From Auanema rhodensis (taxonomy: Eukaryota > Animalia > Nematoda): a DNA stretch of 64,000 nt. Made by a program: the position numbers and the translations under genes. Shown here one piece after another: positions 1 through 11,100 of the stretch. The DNA lies in NCBI GenBank assembly GCA_964057225.1, contig OZ059898.1, forward strand, positions 2,666,001 through 2,730,000. Reading direction: 5' to 3'. The notes beneath the pieces are model-generated. The model saw only the letters and a program-made list of their open reading frames with translations. It was not told where the DNA came from and searched no databases. The stretch's first letter is position 1, and the number at the start of each line of letters is the position of its first letter.

Positions 1-451
1 ATCGTCTTTGCCTTGAAAAATGGAATCTTAAAACATCTACTTTTTGCTAAATTATTAGAAATTTTTCGAAAAAATTTTTGTCAAAATGTTTTTGGAAGCA
101 ATGTTGAGTGTACATGGAAACTCAACATACACTAATGCATCATTTTTCAAACGATCATAACTAATTTTTGTATCAAGTGTTTCTCAATGTAATATAGTGC
201 ATTCGATGCGGATTTTTAAGCTGCGTCGATCTGTGTTATCAGATTTGCGCTAGCTTAAAAATGCACCGAGATATCAACTGATATAAGTTCACACTTATAT
301 CCTCGATTTTCACCCTGAAGAATTAATTTTTTCGTTGAATAACATTGTCCATCGTCTTTGCCTTGAAAAATGGAATCTAAAAACATCTACTTTTCGCTAA
401 ATTATTTTGAAATTTTTCGAAACAAATTTTGTCAAAATGTTTTTGGAAGCA

Positions 452-479
452 ATGTTGAGTGTACATGGAAACTCAACAT
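452..479. repeat. Perfect 9-bp inverted repeat with 10-nt spacer (monomer positions 102-129); representative copy, present in essentially every monomer
   Basis: ATGTTGAGT (452-460) - GTACATGGAA - ACTCAACAT (471-479); the arms are exact reverse complements. Confidence 0.95.
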
Positions 480-630
480 ACACTAATGCATCATTTTTCA
501 AACGGTCATAACTAATTTTTGTATCAAGCGTTTCTTAATGTAGTATAGTGCATTCGATCCGGATTTTTAAGCTGCGTCAATCTGTGTTATCAGATTTGCG
601 CTAGCTTAAAAATGCACCGAGATATCAACT

Positions 631-652
631 GATATAAGTTCACACTTATATC
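631..652. repeat. Perfect 9-bp inverted repeat with 4-nt spacer (monomer positions 281-302); representative copy
   Basis: GATATAAGT (631-639) - TCAC - ACTTATATC (644-652); the arms are exact reverse complements. Confidence 0.95.
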
Positions 653-754
653 CTCGATTTTCACCCTGAAGAATTAATTTTTTCGTTGAATAACATTGTC
701 CATCGTCTTTGCCTTGAAAAATGGAATCTTAAAACATCTACTTTTTGCTAAATT

Positions 755-789
755 ATTTTGAAATTTTTCGAAAAAATTTTTGTCAAAAT
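755..789. repeat. Nested A/T-tract palindrome (monomer positions 54-88); representative copy
   Basis: Core 12-bp perfect palindrome TTTTTCGAAAAA, flanked by ATTTTGA (755-761) and its reverse complement TCAAAAT (783-789). Confidence 0.85.
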
Positions 790-3700
790 GTTTTTGGAAG
801 CAATGTTGAGTGTACATGGAAACTCAACATACACTAATGCATCATTTTTCAAACGATCATAACTAATTTTTGTATTAAGTGTTTCTCAATGTAATATAGT
901 GCATTCGATGCGGATTGTTAAGCTGCGTCGATCTGTGTTATCAGATTTGCGCTAGCTTAAAAATGCACCGAGATATCAACTGATATAAGTTCACACTTAT
1001 ATCCTCGATTTTCACCCTGAAGAATTAATTTTTTCGTTGAATAACATTGTCCATCGTCTTTGCCTTGAAAAATGGAATCTAAAAACATCTACTTTTTGCT
1101 AAATTATTTTGAAATTTTTCGAAACAATTTTTGTCAAAATGTTTTTGGAAGCAATGTTGAGTGTACATGGAAACTCAACATACACTAATGCATCATTTTT
1201 CAAACGATCATAACTAATTTTTGTATCAAGCGTTTCTTAATGTAGTATAGTGCATTCAATCCGGATTTTTAAGCTGCGTCAATCTGTGTTATCAGATTTG
1301 CGCTAGCTTAAAAATGCACCGAGATATCAACTGATATAAGTTCACACTTATATCCTCGATTTTCACCCTGAAGAAATAATTTTTTCGTTGAATAACATTG
1401 TCCATCGTCTTTGCCTTGAAAAAAGGAATCTAAAAACATCTACTTTTTGCTAAATTATTTTGAAATTTTTCGAAAAAATTTTTGTCAAAATGTTTTTGGA
1501 AGCAATGTTGAGTGTACATGGAAACTCAACATACACTAATGCATCATTTTTCTAACGATCATAACTAATTTTTGTATTAAGCTTTTCTTAATGTAGTATA
1601 GTGCATTCGATGCGAATTTTTAAGCTGCGTCGATCTGTGTTATCAGATTTGCGCTAGCTTAAAAATGCACCGAGATATCAACTGATATAAGTTCACACTT
1701 ATATCCTCGATTTTCACCCTGAAGAATTAATTTTTTCGTTGAATAACATTGTCCATCGTCTTTGCCTTGAAAAATGGAATCTTAAAACATCTACTTTTTG
1801 CTAAATTATTTTGAAATTTTTCGAAAAAATTTTTGTCAAAATGTTTTTGGAAGCAATGTTGAGTGTACATGGAAACTCAACATACACTAATGCATCATTT
1901 TTCAAACGATCATAACTAATTTTTGTATCAAGTGTTTCTCAATGTAATATAGTGCATTCAATCCGGATTTTTAAGCTGCGTCAATCTGTGTTATCAGATT
2001 TGCGCTAGCTTAAAAATGCACCGAGATATCAACTGATATAAGTTCACACTTATATCCTCGATTTTCACCCTGAAGAAATAATTTTTTCGTTGAATAACAT
2101 TGTCCATCGTCTTTGCCTTGAAAAAAGGAATCTAAAAACATCTACTTTTTGCTAAATTATTTTGAAATTTTTCGAAAAAATTTTTGTCAAAATGTTTTTG
2201 GAAGCAATGTTGAGTGTACATGGAAACTCAACATACACTAATGCATCATTTTTCTAACGATCATAACTAATTTTTGTATTAAGCTTTTCTCAATGTAGTA
2301 TAGTGCATTCGATGCGAATTTTTAAGCTGCGTCGATCTGTGTTATCAGATTTGCGCTAGCTTAAAAATGCACCGAGATATCAACTGATATAAGTTCACAC
2401 TTATATCCTCGATTTTCACCCTGAAGAATTAATTTTTTCGTTGAATAACATTGTCCATCGTCTTTGCCTTGAAAAATGGAATCTTAAAACATCTACTTTT
2501 TGCTAAATTATTTTGAAATTTTTCGAAAAAATTTTTGTCAAAATGTTTTTGGAAGCAATGTTGAGTGTACATGGAAACTCAACATACACTAATGCATCAT
2601 TTTTAAACGATCATAACTAATTTTTGTATCAAGTGTTTCTCAATGTAATATAGTGCATTCGATGCGGATTTTTAAGCTGCGTCGATCTGTGTTATCAGAT
2701 TTGCGCTAGCTTAAAAATGCACCGAGATATCAACTGATATAAGTTCACACTTATATCCTCGATTTTCACCCTGAAGAATTAATTTTTTCGTTGAATAACA
2801 TTGTCCATCGTCTTTGCCTTGAAAAATGGAATCTAAAAACATCTACTTTTTGCTAAATTATTTTGAAATTTTTCGAAACAATTTTTGTCAAAATGTTTTT
2901 GGAAGCAATGTTGAGTGTACATGGAAACTCAACATACACTAATGCATCATTTTTCAAACGGTCATAACTAATTTTTGTATCAAGCGTTTCTTAATGTAGT
3001 ATAGTGCATTCGATCCGGATTTTTAAGCTGCGTCAATCTGTGTTATCAGATTTGCGCTAGCTTAAAAATGCACCGAGATATCAACTGATATAAGTTCACA
3101 CTTATATCCTCGATTTTCACCCTGAAGAAATAATTTTTTCGTTGAATAACATTATCCATCGTCTTTGCCTTGAAAAAAGGAATCTAAAAACATCTACTTT
3201 TTGCTAAATTATTTTGAAAGTTTTCGAAAAAATTTTTGTCAAAATGTTTTTGGAAGCAATGTTGAGTGTACATGGAAACTCAACATACACTAATGCATCA
3301 TTTTTCTAACGATCATAACTAATTTTTGTATTAAGCTTTTCTCAATGTAGTATAGTGCTTTCGATGCGGATTTTTAAGCTGCGTCGATCTGTGTTATCAG
3401 ATTTGCGCTAGCTTAAAAATGCACCGAGATATCAACTGATATAAGTTCACACTTATATCCTCGATTTTCACCCTGAAGAATTAATTTTTTCGTTGAATAA
3501 CATTGTCCATCGTCTTTGCCTTGAAAAATGGAATCTTAAAACATCTACTTTTTGCTAAATTATTTTGAAATTTTTCGAAAAAATTTTTGTCAAAATGTTT
3601 TTGGAAGCAATGTTGAGTGTACATGGAAACTCAACATACACTAATGCATCATTTTTCAAACGATCATAACTAATTTTTGTATTAAGTGTTTCTCAATGTA

Positions 3701-5065
3701 ATATAGTGCATTCGATGCGGATTGTTAAGCTGCGTCGATCTGTGTTATCAGATTTGCGCTAGCTTAAAAATGCACCGAGATATCAACTGATATAAGTTCA
3801 CACTTATATCCTCGATTTTCACCCTGAAGAATTAATTTTTTCGTTGAATAACATTGTCCATCGTCTTTGCCTTGAAAAATGAAATCTTAAAACATCTACT
3901 TTTTGCTAAATTATTTTGAAATTTTTCGAAAAAATTTTTGTCAAAATGTTTTTGGAAGCAATGTTGAGTGTACATGGAAACTCAACATACACTAATGCAT
4001 CATTTTTCAAACGATCATAACTAATTTTTGTATCAAGTGTTTCTCAATGTAATATAGTGCATTCGATGCGGATTGTTAAGCTGCGTCGATCTGTGTTATC
4101 AGATTTGCGCTAGCTTAAAAATGCACCGAGATATCAACTGATATAAGTTCACACTTATATCCTCGATTTTCACCCTGAAGAATTAATTTTTTCGTTGAAT
4201 AACATTGTCCATCGTCTTTGCCTTGAAAAATGGAATCTAAAAACATCTACTTTTTGCTAAATTATTTTGAAATTTTTCGAAACAATTTTTGTCAAAATGT
4301 TTTTGGAAGCAATGTTGAGTGTACATGGAAACTCAACATACACTAATGCATCATTTTTCAAACGGTCATAACTAATTTTTGTATCAAGCGTTTCTTAATG
4401 TAGTATAGTGCATTCGATCCGGATTTTTAAGCTGCGTCGATCTGTGTTATCAGATTTGCGCTAGCTTAAAAATGCACCGAGATATCAACTGATATAAGTT
4501 CACACTTATATCCTCGATTTTCACCCTGAAGAATTAATTTTTTTGTTGAATAACATTGTCCATCGTCTTTGCCTTGAAAAATGGAATCTAAAAACATCTA
4601 CTTTTTGCTAAATTATTTTGAAATTTTTCGAAAAAATTTTTGTCAAAATGTTTTTGGAAGCAATGTTGAGTGTACATGGAAACTCAACATACACTAATGC
4701 ATCATTTTTCAAACGATCATAACTAATTTTTGTATCAAGGGTTTTTCAATGTAGTATAGTGCATTCGATGCGGATTTTTAAGCTGCGTCGATCTGTGTTA
4801 TCAGATTTGCGCTAGCTTAAAAATGCACCGAGATATCAACTGATATAAGTTCACACTTATATCCTCGATTTTCACCCTGAAGAAATAATTTTTTCGTTGA
4901 ATATTATTGTCCATCGTCTTTGCCTTGAAAAAAGGAATCTAAAAACATCTACTTTTTGCTAAATTATTTTGAAATTTTTCGAAAAAAATTTTGTCAAAAT
5001 GTTTTTGGAAGCAATGTTGAGTGTACATGGAAACTCAACATACACTAATGCATCATTTTTCAAAC

Positions 5066-5191
5066 GATCATAACTAATTTTTGTATCAAGCGTTTCTCAA
5101 TGTAGTATAGTGCATTCGATGCGGATTTTTAAGCTGCGTCGATCTGTGTTATCAGATTTGCGCTAGCTTAAAAATGCACCGAGATATCAAC
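5066..5191. repeat. Degenerate palindrome of about 126 bp (monomer positions 154-279) centred on an imperfect hairpin; representative copy
   Basis: Concentric arm pairs: TCGATGCGG/CTGCGTCGA (7/9), ATAGTGCA/TGTGTTAT (5/8, the rest G-T), ATTTTTGTATCAAGCG/CGCTAGCTTAAAAAT (about 12/16 with one gap), GATCATAACT/AGATATCAAC (7/10). All are centred at monomer position 214-217. Confidence 0.7.
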
Positions 5192-8100
5192 TGATATAAG
5201 TTCACACTTATATCCTCGATTTTCACCCTGAAGAAATAATTTTTTCGTTGAATATTATTGTCCATCGTCTTTGCCTTGAAAAAAGGAATCTAAAAACATC
5301 TACTTTTTGCTAAATTATTTTGAAATTTTTCGAAAAAATTTTTGTCAAAATGTTTTTGGAAGCAATGTTGAGTGTACATGGAAACTCAACATACACTAAT
5401 GCATCATTTTTCAAACGATCATAACTAATTTTTGTATCAAGTGTTTCTCAATGTAATATAGTGCATTCGATGCGGATTTTTAAGCTGCGTCGATCTGTGT
5501 TATCAGATTTGCGCTAGCTTAAAAATGCACCGAGATATCAACTGATATAAGTTCACACTTATATCCTCGATTTTCACCCTGAAGAATTAATTTTTTCGTT
5601 GAATAACATTGTCCATCGTCTTTGCCTTGAAAAATGGAATCTAAAAACATCTACTTTTTGCTAAATTATTTTGAAATTTTTCGAAACAATTTTTGTCAAA
5701 ATGTTTTTGGAAGCAATGTTGAGTGTACATGGAAACTCAACATACACTAATGCATCATTTTTCAAACGGTCATAACTAATTTTTGTATCAAGCGTTTCTT
5801 AATGTAGTATAGTGCATTCGATGCGGATTTTTAAGCTGCGTCGATCTGTGTTATCAGATTTGCGCTAGCTTAAAAATGCACCGAGATATCAACTGATATA
5901 AGTTCACACTTATATCCTCGATTTTCACCCTGAAGAATTAATTTTTTCGTTGAATAACATTGTCCATCGTCTTTGCCTTGAAAAATGAAATCTAAAAACA
6001 TCTACTTTTTGCTAAATTATTTTGAAATTTTTCGAAAAACTTTTTGTCAAAATGTTTTTGGAAGCAATGTTGAGTGTACATGGAAACTCAACATACACTA
6101 ATGCATCATTTTTCAAACGATCATAACTAATTTTTGTATCAAGCGTTTCTCAATGTAGTATAGTGCATTCGATGCGGATTTTCAAGCTGCGTCGATCTAT
6201 GTTATCAGATTTGCGCTAGCTCAAAAATGCACCGAGATATCAACTGATATAAGTTCACACTTATATCCTCGATTTTCACCCTGAAGAATTAACTTTTTCG
6301 TTGAATAACATTGTCTATCGTCTTTGCCTTGAAAAATGGAATCTAAAAACATCTACTTTTCGCTAAATTATTTTGAAATTTTTCGAAAAAATTTTTGTCA
6401 AAATGTTTTTGGAAGCAATGTTGAGTGTACATGGAAACTCAACATACACTAATGCATCATTTTTCAAACGATCATAACTAATTTTTGTATCAAGCGTTTC
6501 TCAATGTAGTATAGTGCATTCGATGCGGATTTTTAAGCTGCGTCGATCTATGTTATCAGATTTGCGCTAGCTCAAAAATGCACCGAGATATCAACTGATA
6601 TAAGTTCACACTTATATCCTCGATTTTCACCCTGAAGAATTAACTTTTTCGTTGAATAACATTGTCTATCGTCTTTGCCTTGAAAAATGGAATCTAAAAA
6701 CATCTACTTTTCGCTAAATTATTTTGAAATTTTTCGAAACAAATTTTGTCAAAATGTTTTTGGAAGCAATGTTGAGTGTACATGGAAACTCAACATACAC
6801 TAATGCATCATTTTTCAAACGGTCATAACTAATTTTTGTATCAAGCGTTTCTTAATGTAGTATAGTGCATTCGATCCGGATTTTTAAGCTGCGTCAATCT
6901 GTGTTATCAGATTTGCGCTAGCTTAAAAATGCACCGAGATATCAACTGATATAAGTTCACACTTATATCCTCGATTTTCACCCTGAAGAAATAATTTTTT
7001 CGTTGAATAACATTGTCCATCGTCTTTGCCTTGAAAAAAGGAATCTAAAAACATCTACTTTTTGCTAAATTATTTTGAAATTTTTCGAAAAAATTTTTGT
7101 CAAAATGTTTTTGGAAGCAATGTTGAGTGTACATGGAAACTCAACATACACTAATGCATCATTTTTCTAACGATCATAACTAATTTTTGTATTAAGCTTT
7201 TCTCAATGTAGTATAGTGCATTCGATGCGGATTTTTAAGCTGCGTCGATCTGTGTTATCAGATTTGCGCTAGCTTAAAAATGCACCGAGATATCAACTGA
7301 TATAAGTTCACACTTATATCCTCGATTTTCACCCTGAAGAAATAATTTTTTCGTTGAATAACATTGTCCATCGTCTTTGCCTTGAAAAAAGGAATCTAAA
7401 AACATCTACTTTTTGCTAAATTATTTTGAAATTTTTCGAAAAAATTTTTGTCAAAATGTTTTTGGAAGCAATGTTGAGTGTACATGGAAACTCAACATAC
7501 ACTAATGCATCATTTTTCTAACGATCATAACTAATTTTTGTATTAAGCTTTTCTCAATGTAGTATAGTGCATTCGATGCGGATTTTTAAGCTGCGTCGAT
7601 CTGTGTTATCAGATTTGCGCTAGCTTAAAAATACACCGAGATATCAACTGATATAAGTTCACACTTATATCCTCGATTTTCACCCTGAAGAATTAATTTT
7701 TTCGTTGAATAACATTGTCCATCGTCTTTGCCTTGAAAAATGGAATCTTAAAACATCTACTTTTTGCTAAATTATTTTGAAATTTTTCGAAAAAATTTTT
7801 GTCAAAATGTTTTTGGAAGCAATGTTGAGTGTACATGGAAACTCAACATACACTAATGCATCATTTTTCAAACGGTCATAACTAATTTTTGTATCAAGCG
7901 TTTCTTAATGTAGTATAGTGCATTCGATCCGGATTTTTAAGCTGCGTCAATCTGTGTTATCAGATTTGCGCTAGCTTAAAAATGCACCGAGATATCAACT
8001 GATATAAGTTCACACTTATATCCTCGATTTTCACCCTGAAGAAATAATTTTTTCGTTGAATAACATTGTCCATCGTCTTTGCCTTGAAAAAAGGAATCTA

Positions 8101-11100
8101 AAAACATCTACTTTTTGCTGAATTATTTTGAAATTTTTCGAAAAAATTTTTGTCAAAATGTTTTTGGAAGCAATGTTGAGTGTACATGGAAACTCAACAT
8201 ACACTAATGCATCATTTTTCTAACGATCATAACTAATTTTTGTATTAAGCTTTTCTCAATGTAGTATATTGCATTCGATGCGGATTTTTAAGCTGCGTCG
8301 ATCTGTGTTATCAGATTTGCGCTAGCTTAAAAATGCACCGAGATATCAACTGATATAAGTTCACACTTATATCCTCGATTTTCACCCTGAAGAATTAATT
8401 TTTTCGTTGAATAACATTGTCCATCGTCTTTGCCTTGAAAAATGGAATCTTAAAACATCTACTTTTTGCTAAATTATTTTGAAATTTTTCGAAAAAATTT
8501 TTGTCAAAATGTTTTTGGAAGCAATGTTGAGTGTACATGGAAACTCAACATACACTAATGCATCATTTTTCTAACGATCATAACTAATTTTTGTATTAAG
8601 CTTTTCTCAATGTAGTATAGTGCATTCGATGCGGATTTTTAAGCTGCGTCGATCTGTGTTATCAGATTTGCGCTAGCTTAAAAATACACCGAGATATCAA
8701 CTGATATAAGTTCACACTTATATCCTCGATTTTCACCCTGAAGAATTAATTTTTTCGTTGAATAACATTGTCCATCGTCTTTGCCTTGAAAAATGGAATC
8801 TTAAAACATCTACTTTTTGCTAAATTATTTTGAAATTTTTCGAAAAAATTTTTGTCAAAATGTTTTTGGAAGCAATGTTGAGTGTACATGGAAACTCAAC
8901 ATACACTAATGCATCATTTTTCAAACGATCATAACTAATTTTTGTATCAAGTGTTTCTCAATGTAATATAGTGCATTCGATGCGGATTTTTAAGCTGCGT
9001 CGATCTGTGTTATCAGATTTGCGCTAGCTTAAAAATGCACCGAGATATCAACTGATATAAGTTCACACTTATATCCTCGATTTTCACCCTGAAGAATTAA
9101 TTTTTTCGTTGAATAACATTGTCCATCGTCTTTGCCTTGAAAAATGGAATCTAAAAACATCTACTTTTCGCTAAATTATTTTGAAATTTTTCGAAACAAA
9201 TTTTGTCAAAATGTTTTTGGAAGCAATGTTGAGTGTACATGGAAACTCAACATACACTAATGCATCATTTTTCAAACGGTCATAACTAATTTTTGTATCA
9301 AGCGTTTCTTAATGTAGTATAGTGCATTCGATCCGGATTTTTAAGCTGCGTCAATCTGTGTTATCAGATTTGCGCTAGCTTAAAAATGCACCGAGATATC
9401 AACTGATATAAGTTCACACTTATATCCTCGATTTTCACCCTGAAGAAATAATTTTTTCGTTGAATAACATTGTCCATCGTCTTTGCCTTGAAAAAAGGAA
9501 TCTAAAAACATCTACTTTTTGCTGAATTATTTTGAAATTTTTCGAAAAAATTTTTGTCAAAATGTTTTTGGAAGCAATGTTGAGTGTACATGGAAACTCA
9601 ACATACACTAATGCATCATTTTTCTAACGATCATAACTAATTTTTGTATTAAGCTTTTCTCAATGTAGTATAGTGCATTCGATGCGGATTTTTAAGCTGC
9701 GTCGATCTGTGTTATCAGATTTGCGCTAGCTTAAAAATGCACCGAGATATCAACTGATATAAGTTCACACTTATATCCTCGATTTTCACCCTGAAGAATT
9801 AATTTTTTCGTTGAATAACATTGTCCATCGTCTTTGCCTTGAAAAATGGAATCTTAAAACATCTACTTTTTGCTAAATTATTTTGAAATTTTTCGAAAAA
9901 ATTTTTGTCAAAATGTTTTTGGAAGCAATGTTGAGTGTACATGGAAACTCAACATACACTAATGCATCATTTTTCTAACGATCATAACTAATTTTTGTAT
10001 TAAGCTTTTCTCAATGTAGTATAGTGCATTCGATGCGGATTTTTAAGCTGCGTCGATCTGTGTTATCAGATTTGCGCTAGCTTAAAAATGCACCGAGATA
10101 TCAACTGATATAAGTTCACACTTATATCCTCGATTTTCACCCTGAAGAATTAATTTTTTCGTTGAATAACATTGTCCATCGTCTTTGCCTTGAAAAATGG
10201 AATCTTAAAACATCTACTTTTTGCTAAATGATTTTGAAATTTTTCGAAAAAATTTTTGTCAAAATGTTTTTGGAAGCAATGTTGAGTGTACATGGAAACT
10301 CAACATACACTAATGCATCATTTTTCAAACGATCATAACTAATTTTTGTATCAAGTGTTTCTCAATGTAATATAGTGCATTCGATGCGGATTTTTAAGCT
10401 GCGTCGATCTGTGTTATCAGATTTGCACTAGCTTAAAAATGCACCGAGATATCAACTGATATAAGTTCACACTTATATCCTCGATTTTCACCCTGAAGAA
10501 TCAATTTTTTCGTTGAATAACATTGTCCATCGTCTTTGCCTTGAAAAATGGAATCTAAAAACATCTACTTTTTGCTAAATTATTTTGAAATTTTTCGAAA
10601 CAATTTTTGTCAAAATGTTTTTGGAAGCAATGTTGAGTGTACATGGAAACTCAACATACACTAATGCATCATTTTTCAAACGATCATAACTAATTTTTGT
10701 AATAAGCGTTTCTCAATGTAGTATAGTGCATTCGATGCGGATTTTTAAGCTGCGTCGATCTCTGTTATCAGATTTGCGCTAGCTTAAAAATGCACCGAGA
10801 TATCAACTGATATAAGTTCACACTTATATCCTCGATTTTCACCCTGAAGAATTAATTTTTTCGTTGAATAACATTGTCCATCGTCTTTGCCTTGAAAAAT
10901 GGAATCTTAAAACATCTACTTTTTGCTAAATTATTTTGAAATTTTTCGAAAAAATTTTTGTCAAAATGTTTTTGGAAGCAATGTTGAGTGTACATGGAAA
11001 CTCAACATACACTAATGCATCATTTTTCAAACGATCATAACTAATTTTTGTATCAAGTGTTTCTCAATGTAATATAGTGCATTCGATGCGGATTTTTAAG

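Noticed and set aside
631-665. Hairpin followed by a T-run as a rho-independent terminator
   Set aside because: The stem is AT-rich, the T-run is not adjacent, there is no upstream gene, and the context is satellite-like.
681-698. TTTCGTTGAATAACATT as a CENP-B box
   Set aside because: It matches only the TTCG....A half of NTTCGNNNNANNCGGGN. The CGGG half is absent and the CpG is often mutated to TG.
351-701. Tandem 5S rRNA, tRNA, snRNA or spliced-leader gene unit
   Set aside because: I recognise no 5S, cloverleaf, A/B-box or snRNA motifs in the monomer. An Infernal/Rfam search would be the decisive test.
351-701. 351-bp monomer as a diverged dimer of about 175-bp subunits
   Set aside because: Only short AATTTTT-type matches were found between the halves, with no convincing alignment by eye.
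351-701. Assignment to a known satellite family such as Drosophila 1.688 (353-361 bp) or Tribolium/Pimelia 340-360-bp satellites
   Set aside because: Length and AT content are similar, but I cannot recognise sequence identity. Assignment needs a database search.
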